Shown here piece by piece: positions 1-14,850 of a DNA stretch of 64,000 nt. Every line of letters starts with the position of its first letter. Position 1 is the stretch's first letter. The position numbers and the translations under genes were made by a program. The notes below the pieces were generated by a model. It was not told the DNA's origin. It made no database searches and worked only from the letters and a program-made list of their open reading frames with translations. The stretch comes from Eledone cirrhosa (Eukaryota): NCBI GenBank assembly GCA_964016885.1, contig OZ024746.1, positions 42,532,001 to 42,596,000 of the forward strand, in the 5' to 3' direction.

Positions 1-9
1 TATACATGC

Positions 10-60
<51 letters not shown>

Positions 61-271
61 CATGCATATACATATATATATACATATATATATACATGCA
101 TATATATATATATATACATATATATATACATATATATATACATATATATATACATGCATATATATATATATATACATATATATATACATATATATATACA
201 TGCATATATATATACATATATATATATATACATATATATATATACACATATATATATATACATGCATATAC

Positions 272-302
<31 letters not shown>

Positions 303-316
303 CATATAAATATACA

Positions 317-371
<55 letters not shown>

Positions 372-415
372 GCATATATATACATATATACATATATATA
401 TATATACATATATAT

Positions 416-471
<56 letters not shown>

Positions 472-799
472 ACATATATATATATATACATATATATATA
501 TACAACATATATATATATATATACATATATATATACATACATATACACATATATATATACATACGTATATACATATATATATACATACATATACACATAT
601 ATATATATACATACGTATATATATACATACATATATATATACATACACACATATATATATATACATATATACATATATATATACACATGGTGGCTGCCAA
701 CTCGTTTTCGAGTACGGCCACTACTTTATATCCATGTAGGAGAACCCCTACTGATGCGCTGAACGAGTGATATATACACATATATATATACATACATAC

Positions 800-856
<57 letters not shown>

Positions 857-862
857 CATGTA

Positions 863-900
<38 letters not shown>

Positions 901-1260
901 CATACATACATACATACATATATATACATATATATACATACATATATATATACATATATACAGATATATACATATATATACATATACAGATATATATATA
1001 TACATATATATATATATACATATACAGATATATATATACATATATATATATACATACATATATATATATTTATATATATATATATATACATATATACACA
1101 TCCATATATATATACATATATATATATACATACATATATATATACATATATATATATATACATATATATATATACATACAACATATATATATATATACAT
1201 ATATATATACATACATATATATATATACATACATATATATATATATATACATATTTCTAG

Positions 1261-1291
<31 letters not shown>

Positions 1292-1360
1292 CACATATAT
1301 ATACATATATATATACATACATATATATATACATATATATATACATACATATATATATAC

Positions 1361-1410
<50 letters not shown>
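1..1410. repeat. Compound (TA)n/(TACA)n microsatellite with an ~85-bp unique island (686-770)
   Basis: Directly visible low-complexity repeat; produces spurious YIYI ORFs. Confidence 0.97.
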
Positions 1411-1416
<6 letters not shown>

Positions 1417-4400
1417 CTAGAAATACCATTCTGAGAGATGTGCAAAGGTAACATTTAAGAGATAAATTATTATTACATTATCACCAATTTACAGAGGTTT
1501 TAATTTCTAAAATGGACTTCAATTAGTTGCTTCACCATTTAATTATTTAATTAATTAATTAGTAATTCAATTAAACTTTCTATGTTACCTACTAAATCCA
1601 AAGAAGATGAAAGTAATGAAATTCATTTACCCAATCTATTGGCTGCTAGTAGCAGCCAATATATTGAATTAATGGGTCACAAAAATACCCAGTTTATGTA
1701 AATTACCAGCCTGTAATAAAAGATAAGTGATATTCTCAAAGACAGGTAAAATGTCTGATTCCTACAGCTTCATTAAGAGGGATTTCCTCTTTAAATAAAA
1801 CATTTATATAAACTGAACTTCTTTCAAATCCATTCAAATGTTCTTTCATTTTGTCATTTCATAAAATGATAGATGACCACAACAGGGCGGGTGTGTGTGT
1901 GTGTGGGGGGGGGGGATGTAGTGCCAGAGCAAATCCATTGAATCTAGGCTAGTATAAAATAGGTAGAATCTAGGGTAGTATAAAATAGATATATGATAAC
2001 ACTGCTGCTGATGATGATTATGATGAAGATGATGATGGTCATCTTCAAGGTGGTATTTAAGAAAATGAAAGAAAAGAAAATTTATAAATTTCTAAACTTC
2101 ATTGTGTTTCGGTTATTTAAAAGTTCTACCATTATTTTCCCATGCTGGAATGAGTAAAATAGCTTAGATTGTTTTCATATATATTTTAATGCTTCTTCAG
2201 AAGAAGTTTATACTAAAATGAAGGTTGAAGATCATGAGTTAAATTTTGTTAAAAATGTATTCTAATTAATCTATTATGGTATGTGAAATGAAAAAAGAAA
2301 GTGAATATTATAATTATTTTGTATATATGCATATATTAGAAACTACAATGAAATTTGACTTATAAAACAGAAATTATAAATGTTTATTTGATGAATGTTG
2401 TTTGAAAGAAAATCTGATTAACACAGATACATAGACAGAGCATTATATATAACCTCTTCTTCTTTGCCCACTTATTCTTGAGATATTCGTGAAGGCAGCG
2501 TTCTCAAACACTCCTTCCAGTGGGTCCTGTCAGAAGCAACCGTCTCCAACTGATCCAGCTGGATCCCCATGTTCCCAATGAAAACAGAGAATCAATCAGG
2601 ATGGAAATATAGATATTTGAAACCAAAACAAATTGGTGATAAAAAATTGAAAGATTTAGATATAACAGGAAGTTACCATCTGCTGTAGCAAACTCATCTA
2701 AATATTATCGGATTTATTTCATGATCATGGCATTTTAATCAATCAACTTGCTTATTTTTTTCTTTTTCTAGCTGTGCCTTTTGTTGAAGATCACTAATGA
2801 TATTTTATTACTTCTACAGATGATTTATGAAGGTATCAGACACAGGAATAACATGGTCATGATTTAGCTATTACTTCAGTAGACTAGAGTTATAAATAGA
2901 CAAAATTAAGGTGGGCTAGTTCTGAAATAGGAATGTTGATTTAGTTAAACGAAGCCAAAGAAATCACAGCTAGAATATTATCTTACAGTGAGTTTAGAAG
3001 TAAAATAAGAGGTTTAAGGATCAGGTTTTAATTGATAGTATACAACATAAGCAAAATCAAAGGTGATTGACAACAAAGTGAGTTAAAACCAGTGATTACT
3101 TTTATTATGATAATTGTAAGCAAATAGGAACTCCACCCAACAGATATAGTAGCAGAGGAATTTAAGATACTTCACTAATTACAGTAATTAAATAGAGGAT
3201 AATAATATAAATGTGTAATAAGTTATTTCTCAGTGCCTTTTGTATTAGAGCAAATAAACACGATAGAATTGTGCAAAATAATCAATGAATTCGCAAGAAT
3301 TATTTTAGAGAAAAAAATTACAAAGGTCTATAGTATAGGCAATAATTTCATGAAAGTAACATCTATAGTTGAAATTATTAGAAACAGTTTTTACGATTTT
3401 TTCTTTCATTAAACTAGAAAATGTTACATTAACTGTAACTTAAAAGGGCCTCATTTTTTTATGGCATGTTAATAATATACAGCTTGTTTGTTTTTAATTG
3501 GAGATAAAGGCAGTGTATATGGTCTTTGCTGACACTCTGAAACCTGTTGGCAACTCATGTTGTATGGTCAGCAGTTGAATTCTTCTTAGCATGTATTTCA
3601 ATCTTGTATTTCACTAGATGAGATGAATATTCAAGGAATAAATATTACAAACTCTGTGTCAAAACTACCCTATATTAGAAAGTTCATATTTTAATTAAAA
3701 CTTTTCATCATAAATTTATACAATAACATTTGTTCTGGACACCAATTTACTATATCAATATATTAAAACAGTAATTATTTTACTAAATCCTTCCAAATTC
3801 TTGATTATTTTCAAAATTTATTGAAAGACACAGACAATGAATTTCATTGGACATATGGTCACAAAAGGGTTAACAGGCCGCCAAACTGTTCACTGAATAT
3901 GAAATTCTCTTGTCAAATCCCTTATGCTGTTCGTGAAGCAACAATTTTAGTTTGAGCATTTACAAAGACGTAAACTATAGTAGTAATGAAAGCAGAGTTA
4001 GTTCAATAATCATGATTATATTTAGAGTTAAACTACACCATAATAGTTAAGACTAATATTGAGATAATTAACACAATTATAGCCATTATAACAAGAGTTA
4101 ATATGTAGTTTTACACCATGTTTCACAGATAACTTCTATATGTTTAATCAAACTAATTTCATAGATTTTCAATTGTTTCAACAGGACATAGATTTGTTTA
4201 CTCTAAAGTGATTTATAATTAATTAATTATAAAAGGGTATGATTAATAGATATTCCAGTAATGATTAATATTTTTTGTTCATTTCCTAAGTTAAGGTGAA
4301 AATCATGAATACATTGAAATATAATAGATACATCTTAGAATGGAGCGAGGGGTTAAAATAATACATATTTATATACAGTTTATATATATAACAGTTTAAA

Positions 4401-6081
4401 GTCATTACATCATCATCAACATCGTTTAACGTCCATCTTCCTTGCTAGCATGAGTAAATTATATAGAGTATTAACACAAGAAAAACCTTAGAAGACACAC
4501 TTCTAATTCAAACTGTATTCCAGACTAAATATAAATACTGAAACTGATTTACTTCATTCACCAAAACAATGTAAAGGAGAAACAACTAAAAGACAAACAT
4601 TAATACAAAGAGAAAAAAACAGAAAAATAGCACTATATCTTTTTAGTCAAAACTAAGCTATGAGTAATATACAAAGAAACAATGTTTAGATTATTTCAAT
4701 ATAACAAAAGATTTTCTCTTTGATAAGCTCCTGAGATTACTTTCAGATCATACATCTGATTCCAAATCAAAATGTTAAAGGATAAAAATATTTTCATCGA
4801 TAGGAAATCACTGTAAACTTCTCTTTTTTTAATTTCTTTTTAATAATAAAAAAAAATTAATCCAGATCTTTTAGAAAATGACATAGGAAACTATAACAAG
4901 TAATCTTGGAAAAAGAACTGAAACAAAAGTCAATCAACAATAAAGGAATTAACAAAATCTGAAAAATCAATAAAAACAACATTAGAAGCTTGACACACAG
5001 TATAGTTTGGTGTTTCCATTTACAGTGTAGTCATTTAACTATAAATTCACAGTCTGGGTGATAAAAATGTATACAGAGTAAAAGTAGGAAAACCTCTCAA
5101 AAATTCAATGCCATGCCAGAATATAATCCAACAGAAGAATAAAGAAATTTCACTATTAAACAATTTGCCTTAACACTGATACAAACTTGCCACATCAAAA
5201 GTAAATTATTTAGTCATGATATAAGACAGATAAATAGCTGGAAGCTAAAGAAAAAAGAGCAATTGTTAGAGAAGTGAATGCAATTGATAAAGACATTGCT
5301 CCCAATTATGAACAGAAGAGAGGAAACTAATGGAAGCCAGGGTGTATGTTTAGGAAATTTGTTGATTGATGTCAGCATCAAGCATTGTGTACCAAGCAAA
5401 TTATCTTCTTTAAAAGGTTTGGCAGTAATGGCCAAAAGGAAACAAGTAGTTATAACTACCTTGGCAAAAGGCCCATCTTGTCCAATATTGGCAGTCTTTG
5501 TAGAAGCCAAAGTTGTATAGATACACATATTAGTAACATAAGCATGCATTTGACAATAGATACTTGAAGTGTAGTTGAAATGTTTTGGTTTCTTTAAAAT
5601 GTTATACACATAAGAGTCAAATACTTTAAAATGAATTACATAATTAAATAGGTACTAGATGGTTTGTGAAAAGAAAAAAATATATGGAAGACAGATCTTT
5701 AAGCTAAGTAAATAATGAGACAACAAGAGTATATTTAAGTTTAAAACAGAAATGAAATATAGGGGAATTTATGAACAGAATGAAGCAATTATCAGGAAAA
5801 TGAAAAAATATAAGAATTTGGAGATTTCTGCTTTCAAAAAACTTACATGGTATCAATCATAAATCAAGGTTATATTTTGGGGATAATGAGAGATAGCTTT
5901 CTGACACTGGTAAAAAGCAATGCATTTTGCATGAGAAATAGTCAATTTAATCAACACCAGTACTTGGCAGGTATTTTATTGACTCTGGAAATATGAAAAG
6001 CAAAGTTGACCTCAGAGGGAATTAAACTCAGAATGCATAGATATGTAAAACAATACCATAAAAATCAATCATGCTGGCATT

Positions 6082-6273
6082 TGTGGTGGATTGGCAGTAT
6101 CGTGAGAGGGTTGGACGCCATGCTTTGCAGCAAAGAGTTACGGCTCTTTATGGTTTGAGTTCAAATCCTGCTGAGGTTAACTTTGCCTTTCATCCTTACG
6201 GGGTCGATAAAATAAAGTACCAGTAATACACTGGGATAATTGCTGGCCTTGTGCCAAAAGTAGAAACAATTAT
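6082..6273 (+). mobile_element. tRNA-derived SINE, family B (Meta/Deu-Nin-like central domain)
   Basis: A-box-like tggcagtatcg, B-box gagttcaaatcc, then ctttgcctttcatccttacggggtcgataaaataaagtaccag; near-identical reverse copy at 29470-29657. Confidence 0.8.
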
Positions 6274-8579
6274 AAGATAATAGAATGTGGTAAAATTATG
6301 ATGTTAAAGGAGTACTTATCAGTTACTGCCTTAATTTCAGCTCAACCTTTTGTTACTACATTTCTAAGGAAAGATACTGCTTATCATTTTTATATAAATA
6401 TAAACTTATTAAAACACAGCTTAGAAATAGGGACAGTTTCAGGTAGTTGTGTACCAAAGGATAATATGGTAAAATTGTATAACTCTTAAAATGCTAAAAT
6501 ATAAAAAGTGATCAAATTATTGATGAAAATTAACACTAATAACACCACTGTCCATATCATTATCATGAGTTTAATGCCATTATGCCTTAATCTATCAACA
6601 TTAAATGATACCATAGCAGTCACCTTGTTTTCTCAACTTAGATTTACACCGTTTAAATTAAACAAATATCAGACCATGCTTAAATTGTTCCTCTCTAATC
6701 ACCACAAATCCTGTTTTACTGTTCATGTTTTGTAGCACAGTATCACACTTCTAGCATAAATGTTTTATAATTTACCTTATATATAAAGAGTGAATATATC
6801 TGATAACATAAACAGTCTACCACTATCTTTTTCATAGTGCTTACTAGATAACCTTAAAAGCTAAATTAAATCACAGAGATCAAACATGAGATATAACCAA
6901 GCCAGTAGAGGATTTTTTACTGCATAATTCATGTAGTGAAGATAACATGTTAACTGAAATTTTTGTGTTTGAAATAAAAAAGAATCTATTACACAGTACT
7001 GAAAATACTAAAATATTACCTATTCATGTCTGCTGGACCAAACATATTACACTTATTCTTAGCCAGGCTCTTGTTTCATGTACATGCATGTTTATAAGGG
7101 ACAGGAACACATATTTACATATATCTACACAATGAAGCTGATAAGCATATATACACTTAAATACATGCCACATTGAAATTAAATTCAATTGCTTCAGTCT
7201 TTTATAAATTTCTACAAAGAATCTCAATTCTGAAACGATAAACAAAACCAAGTTACAACTAAAAAGATTGATTTAAATACCAGATGGTTTAGAATATATA
7301 AACCAGGATTGAAAATGAAATGGATTCTTCTTTTCAATATTGAATATATAGATAAATTACATGAGAATAAAGAATAAGACTTTTCACAACTACTGTAGAC
7401 TATATTTGACTTTAAATCAAAGTTAACATATTTGACTAAGACTTGATGTCATTATACAAGCACAGGAATTGGATGAAAGTACTTGAGTAGTCTGATGGCA
7501 GGCAGCTTAACAAGTTGATTTATTTTATTTCATTAAGATGCTTATAGAGAAAAACAGCAGAAAACATCACAAGTACTGATTTGTCTCTTGGAAATAAATA
7601 AGCTCTGAGTAATAAGAAAATATAAATGAAGAATAAAACAGATAAGTCTTTGGTATAAAATTAAGAAACGCTTCAAAGACCAAGTATAAAATTGAACAAC
7701 AAAAAATACCTTTGAGATGAATCAATATAGGTTTATATATTTAGTTCTTCTCACCTTCTTTCAGCAAAAAGAACCATAACTTACCTAAAAAAAAGTGGAA
7801 AAGAAATACAAATTAAAATTAGGCAATCCAATTAATAAGATAAAGTGTTGATCTTCAATACAATACAGGAATTAGTAAATAGTGAGGTACGTTTCTTCAT
7901 TGTAATTTCTTCTTAGGTGAAGAAAGCAATTTATCTCCTCAAATACCCATAAAATACAAGAGCAATCAAATACACAAATCAAGATACTTATATATACACA
8001 TATATAAACATATAAAAGTTTCAGACAAAACTTTTTAAAATATCTTAAAAGTTGTATAAAATAAGGATTGGATAAAATCAAAACTTAAGTACACATTCAT
8101 TTATGTATTTTTCAATACAATCTTCAAAGTCTTTATTAGACACATCTATCTAATAGTCTCCCTAATATATTACAGTTTTTCTATGTCAAAGGATGTTAGT
8201 TCAACTATAATTTTAGCTTTATTGCCAATTCATTTTAGTTAGTGTTAGCTAAAATGTGTCTATTATTTCTGTTGTGTCAAGGATCTACATATAGTTCCAT
8301 TCTTTATGTAGAATTCAATCTATCATACTATACAGACATGATCAGAATGTTGGCTACCATATTCTTTCTTTAAAAAATCGAATATTGCTGCTGTGTGAGT
8401 ATCATCACTCACAGTTTAATGTCTTTTATTTGTTCTTTCTGGCAGAATGATTTGAACAACTGGACTATAAAAAGAAGCCACATTCTCTGCAGAATATAAA
8501 CTGCATCATTTGAAGATATACCTCAATCACTGACTTAATTTGTATACTTTAGTTATCTTAGTTATAAATACTATTTTTA

Positions 8580-8802
8580 ATTCATAGAAAAATGAGAAAA
8601 TATAACACCAGAACAGCTGTTAAAACAGCCGAATGCTGTCAATCCTTTTTATATTTCATCTGCCTGTCATCCACCTCATGGATTGTCTCTCTACTGACCA
8701 TTAGCTGTTGGTCTCTGTCATTTTTGCCCATCACTGTCTTTGACAGTATTTGGCTGTTTTAACAGCTTTTCTAGCATTGACTTATCTCATTTTTCTATGA
8801 AT
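8580..8802. mobile_element. MITE / non-autonomous DNA transposon remnant with ~60-bp imperfect TIRs
   Basis: attcatagaaaaatgaga...cagctgttaaaacagccgaatgctgtcaa (8580-8642) is the inverted match of ttgacagtatttggctgttttaacagc...tctcatttttctatgaat (8740-8802); no ORF. Confidence 0.7.
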
Positions 8803-11449
8803 ATAGTCATGTTTCATCTCGACCAGAGAAAACAATGTTTATTCATTTAACTATTTTTAATATTTCAGCATATTGCTTTATAACAAAAACGAGGGTTAAC
8901 AAACAGACTGAAGTACTTTTGACCACCAATCTGGGAAAATCTTGTTTTTTTCTCAATTGTTCTTGCCAACATATTACTAATTTTTTAAGCTTCGAGTCCA
9001 AGACAAAATTAACAGTTCCATTCATTCATTAATATATGGACTTGAGTAATATCATCATAATCATTTGACCACAGCTGAAGTCCACTTCACAACATACTGC
9101 CAGTAGTTCCCATCCTGCATGGCCACACTTAGGTCTTAATACCCAATTCCAGAGTCCTTAGATATGGTATCAGAATAAGTGAGTTTATGGGATTTGTGGC
9201 AGACTGGGTTTGGTCTCCAGAGGATAAAGGGTGACACTATTTCATTGGCTGCTCTATGACAGTGACCAACAAACTGTACTGTTCCTGCTTTAACAATCTG
9301 TGAAACACTAGGAAGATCACCATATATTTGCTGGAGTGTTGGGTGTTCCCTCCTCGAAAGATTTTTAACATGCATAAATAGTTGTATGTATGCCTTATGA
9401 AGATGACTTTGATGCCACGATGTCAAAGTCCAGGTTTTGGCACCAAGTAAAAAAAATTGGTTCAACCATTGTTTTGAAGGTTTTGACTTTGATTGTATCA
9501 TCGAGGTTTCAGTTCCAGATTATATTTATATCATTATAAGAGGAAACATACTTGATCCTTGAGTAATTTCTCTCCACCTTAAACAGTTTAACTTACATAA
9601 TTATTGATGCTTTACCACCTAACACCTACTATATATATTGTCATTCTAAGAGGCATTGTGGTTCAAATTGTTTTACACCCCCATTCTCCTGTACATAGCT
9701 AATTTCCTTGTTTTGCCTTCTCAATGATTTACCATAACAATTTTAAGTAAGCATTTCACAATATCACTATTGAAAAGACACTCTGGCTGTGATACACTCC
9801 ATTCCTTCTTACACAAACTAATAATAAAATGACAAAATCAAATCAAATGTTGCTAGAACATATTTAGATCATGATTTGTTTAATATATAATAAGAATTTT
9901 AGAGACAAGCTGATTTTAGATAAGTAAAAAGACAAAAAAGATACTGGCTACAGCAAATACATATATTTCAAATAGATGAATATCTTAGGTAAGACAAGAA
10001 GAATTATAGATTACTAGTAAAACTTCGACACAGATAAAATCTTAGAAAGTTAGTCTTCATAGATGAGGTGATGCTGGATTGATGTGTATGAAAATATACT
10101 ATTATATGTCTGCACAAACTACATAAATACAGAAAAGTGGATGAAAGCTGATAACCACAAAATCAATGATGATAATAATTAATTGACTGTGTTTCTACAG
10201 ATTTTTCTAATCTATTTTATAAATCTCTATCACCACAACTTCTACTTTTACACCGAGCAGATGCTACATACATGTTGGAACTGTTTTGGTAACTCTAACT
10301 CACTAGGTAAGCAATAATCTACTACAGTACACTTGTTACCAAGTCTATTCTATTTAATACATGATTGAAAATAAAATAACATGTGGAATGGTATGCAGCA
10401 TATGACCTTTTGGATGTGCTACTTAAATACTAAGGACACTAATCTTAATTGACTTTGTAGTAGTAATAATAATGATATTATCAGCACTGAATGCCAATTT
10501 TAATTCTTTTACATTTAAGCTTTTGTTTGAGACATTTTAATTATTGTATGCAAAACATTATGGTATTCTGTGTATAAATAGTTTCTAAAAATAGGGAACA
10601 AACAAATATTTCAAATATGTCATAAAAAGTTGCAGAATTAATGATATGACAAGCAATAAAATTATACTTCATGAATATAAACAAAATTAATAATCCACAG
10701 TATAATTAATTATTGCATATCAAATGAAGATAGTAAGATATTATTTATAAATATGTTTATATGAATATTAAAAAAAAATAAAAAAATACCAGTAAAGTGC
10801 TTAAAATATCTAATTGAAATGCAAAATTTCTATTTTCAGATGTGATGCTGACCAGTTGAATTTATATACACAGCAAAACAAATAAATCAGGAATAATATA
10901 TTTTCAAACATTATTGAATAAAACCTTTTTCCTAATTGATATTGTTTTAGCATTTATATTTAGGGGACCATGAAAAATTACATAATTTTAAGGCCAAGAA
11001 AGGAAAGAAAATAGTCAGAATATATTTATAAAATAAAAAAATATCTTCTTATATATGTTTACTAAGTATTGTTACCTGATACAACAAATGAACAAACCAA
11101 AAACAATGCAAAAAAGGATCTTAAAAGAGATGCATAAAAATGATAAACGATGTGAAGTATATATATATATATATAATGTCTGTTTGGATGTATGGACCCG
11201 TAACTTCTGAGGGAGCTGTAGGGGTGCCATATTGACACAGTAATTCTAGGGCATTTTAAAACATGACGGAGTTCATCTTTGTGTGAGTCTGTGTCATGCC
11301 TGTGTTTGCATATACTGCTTGTTTATGTTTAGCAAATTAGCAGTTTGACAAAAAACAATTCATAATATAATCACTGGGGTCAATATGATCAACTAAATTC
11401 CTTCAAGGCAATGTCTCAGGATTGTCACAATCTTATGAATGAAAAGTGG

Positions 11450-11742
11450 TCATGAAGGCGACAACAAAAAGTGCCCAGCCCACACTGTAAAGAGGTTGTG
11501 TTGGTGACACAACAAAAAGCGCCTAGTCCATGCTGCAAAGTGGTTGTGTAGATGTCATGACACAAAGCACCCAGCATGCACTGTAAATATGGTTGGCATT
11601 AGGAAGGGCATCCAGCCATAGAAAGCAAGCCCAAATCATCCCTGCCTGAGTGAAACATGGTCCTCCGACCAGATCTCTCACAAAGGGACAGCCCATCCTA
11701 CCCATGGTAGCATGGAAAATGGATGTTAAATGATGATGATGA
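11450..11742 (+). mobile_element. Degenerate RTE-type 3' tail / SINE tail
   Basis: aggaagggcatccagcc...catggaaaatggatgttaaatgatgatgat motif shared with RTE 3' UTRs in this window. Confidence 0.6.
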
Positions 11743-12573
11743 ATGAATTTCAGGTATATAAAGTTAGTTTAAAGAAGATAAATAAGAACAGAACTACAGT
11801 TTTATGCCAAATGTTTGTATTTCACAAAATACTTTCATTGAGGAATGTTATGAATATCTTAGCTTTCTACTCAGGCTCAAATTATTATTAAATTTTTGAA
11901 GTAGTTTGCCGTTACATTCTTATGAAGGTGGATTTCATTAATATTTTTATTCAAATCTTGCTTCAACAGCTGTTACCCAATAGTTATTTATTGTCTTGAT
12001 TTGTTAATTTTGATTAGAATTTAAAAGGTAATTAGAAAGTCAATGTAATATTTCCTGCATATAGAGTATAACAATTGTAGAAGTAGAAAAATGAATCTGT
12101 GAGGGAGCTTTCCTATAGTGACATTTAGATTTTACATGATAAAATACCCAGAAGGAAGGCTACTACTAACAATACACATGATTTTATGTTATTTTTTTTT
12201 TAACTGTTGACACCGAGCAGGCAATTACAATCAATTCTTAAGATTAAACTTGCTCTCCTCAACTATTTAATTTATTGAGTTTTACCATTAAATCTTTTCA
12301 TTTCACTTAAATTGATACAAAATAACATATAAGAAATGTCAATTCATTGTATTTCACAGAACTATTGGCTAATACATTTAAGTTACTGACCAGCTGTAAA
12401 CTCTTAAAGGATTTCAAATCGATCACAAATAAAATTGGACTCAAAGAGTACATTAAAAAAACTAATCAATAGCAAAGAGTGACCAATGAATCAGAAGCCC
12501 ATCATTGAGTATAAGTTGATATAGTATCATGTTAACAAATGTAAACTGGAGAAATAAACACAAGAAGAAACTA

Positions 12574-12636
12574 AAAACAAAAACAAAACAAAACAAAACA
12601 AAACAAAACAAAACAAAACAAAACAAAACAAAACAA
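12574..12636. repeat. (AAAAC)n microsatellite
   Basis: Direct. Confidence 0.95.
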
Positions 12637-13225
12637 AGAAAATCGAAAATCATTTTCAATTCAACTTCCTAAATAAAGACTGTAAAAATGTGACAAAATT
12701 TGAAACTAGTGAATGTTTTTATCTGGTGCGTATACAAGTATTGATGGATTGATATACTGATTTAAGTTGACTTAGCTTGGTTAAAATATTAATTCCAAAA
12801 ATATGAAATTCCTTGAGTTTGGAAAATACGTTATGGAATCAATTTCAAGCTTCACAGAATGTGTTCAAATGAATATATGAATTAATTTAATTTTCCTTTA
12901 AACCAAACACAACATAATAAACAAATAAAAGTGAGAAAAATAATTGCAGTTCTGAATTCTAATTTTATGTTTCTATTCTAAGAGTAATATGTACAAGAAG
13001 ATACTCCAAAATGAAAATTTAATATATTCATTAAATTAATTGCTTAGTATATTTTTTTCAATTTTCTTTCTTCTCTTCAATAGCTTTATTATTTTCACAT
13101 ACAGTTCATCTTTATTCTAATATTTCGTTTTTACCAAATAAACGTGATGTTCTATATTCCTTTAAGTCAAAATGATAGAACACAGTTAGCAAGACGTGAC
13201 TGAAAAATAACAATATATATATATG

Positions 13226-13279
<54 letters not shown>

Positions 13280-14599
13280 TTTGAACAGCTTTCAAGTGGA
13301 AATAATATAAATTTTAAATAAACCTATATAAAATGCTTTTAAGAAACAGAATTATGCTTTTATTATGCTCAATGATAAATCACAAATAAAAATTTGCCAC
13401 TGTTCATTAAACAGAACATCTTATATATAATGTACATATGTATTTCTGTTGTCATAAATAAAGTGAGTATGATGGAGGAGATTTATATTTAAAAACTATG
13501 AAATGGAGTAAAAGTTAAAATCAAGGGAAAAGAGTGTGCTAATAGCATTGAAGAAAGTCATTATAATGTGGTGAGTTTATCCAACCATCTGTAAAGTTTA
13601 ACTTACCAACACTACGAAAGTGAATGTCTTTGTATGCATTCAAATTGAATTTGTTTCTCTCCAAGTCCCTCAAACCATATTATCATCACATGCCTCAATT
13701 TAGTATATTGTAGAATAGAACACTTTAGATTGCTTGAAATATCCTGTTAAGTCATTTCTCTTTAATATTATAGAAAACTTAGTAAACAGATGTAATTGTA
13801 TCTTCCAATCATTTTCCTTCTTGCTGATTAAACATAGAGCTTTTATCCAAGTAGCAAACAGAATATCCTATTATATAGCATATAATCTAGAGAATGGATG
13901 CAGAATAGTTGAGTTATATTCTTCCTTATTCTTCATTTTTCTTAAATGTATATATAAATCTGGAACTTCAACTGCAAATTAAGCTAAAGTTTTAAAATTA
14001 TTTATTGGAATCAGCTAAAATTTAGTCTCATATTCATAACACGAAGCAAGTATGAAAAATAATTTTCTTGTTCGCTCCATTATCAAAATTAAACTATTTT
14101 AATGTTAAAGTACATATCAACTTGATAGTGATGACCTACTAAAGATTAAAGAACTTTTCTATTCAGAATAAAATTCAATACCAAATGAAATATTCTTTTT
14201 GTTTTCCTTAACAGATTTTCAATTAGAAATGCTGATTAGGTGCTTCTCTGTCTAAAATGTAGCTTACAGTATGCTATTCATATATGGCACACCCTCTTTG
14301 TTCCCTGCCATTGTAGACTGTATTTAGATAAAAGTAATTTATGTTATCGTTTTGACATACTTCTTTTACTATGCTGCCATAACTTATCTTACTTAATTTA
14401 ATCCATATACATAGTTAACAAGTACAGAATAAAAATTCCTGGTGACAATAATACACATCAAAGACTGTCATTTCAAAACATTTTGTGACATCTATATCTA
14501 TTTTAAGTGATGGTTTGATAAATTCTCTGCGTTGTGCTTATAAGAACAACTGATTTTTTTATTTTTGTATTTTGCAATGATTTGAGAGATCTCAGTTCC

Positions 14600-14850
14600 G
14601 ATATTATGGACATGTGGTTAGAATGTCTTAGGAAAGAATTGCTGGACAAAACCATTACAGGCAAAACCAACCCCGGCAAGAGACCCAGAGGTAGGCTCTG
14701 AACAAGATGGTTGGATAACATCCCTGAGCTTGGCTGGTCACGCTTGGGAATCCAGCCAAATCAGTTGGAGATGGATGCTTCTGAGAGGACCTGCTGGAAG
14801 GAGTATTTGAGGACTAATAAGTGGGCGAAAAAGATGAAGAAGAAATGAAA
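14600..14850 (+). mobile_element. Degraded RTE-clade LINE 3' end (second RTE family)
   Basis: Remnant GHVVRM...PGKRPRGR..TRWLDNI C-terminal motif; related reverse copies at ~28090-28500 and ~2455-2575. Confidence 0.65.

Noticed and set aside
6-1454. Long YIYI/HIYI ORFs (also at 22-25 kb, 36-39 kb, 41-42 kb, 47-48 kb)
   Set aside because: Translations of TA/CA microsatellites that lack stop codons
5214-5609. Overlapping 60-131 aa ORFs
   Set aside because: No motifs or splice support; expected by chance
10201-10306. Plus-strand exon candidate (tacag...tag|gtaagc)
   Set aside because: One open frame, but no recognisable protein and no partner exons; could be chance
13601-13975. Minus-strand coding exon (donor at 13606, acceptor near 13972)
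   Set aside because: Frames checked contain stops and no homolog is recognisable
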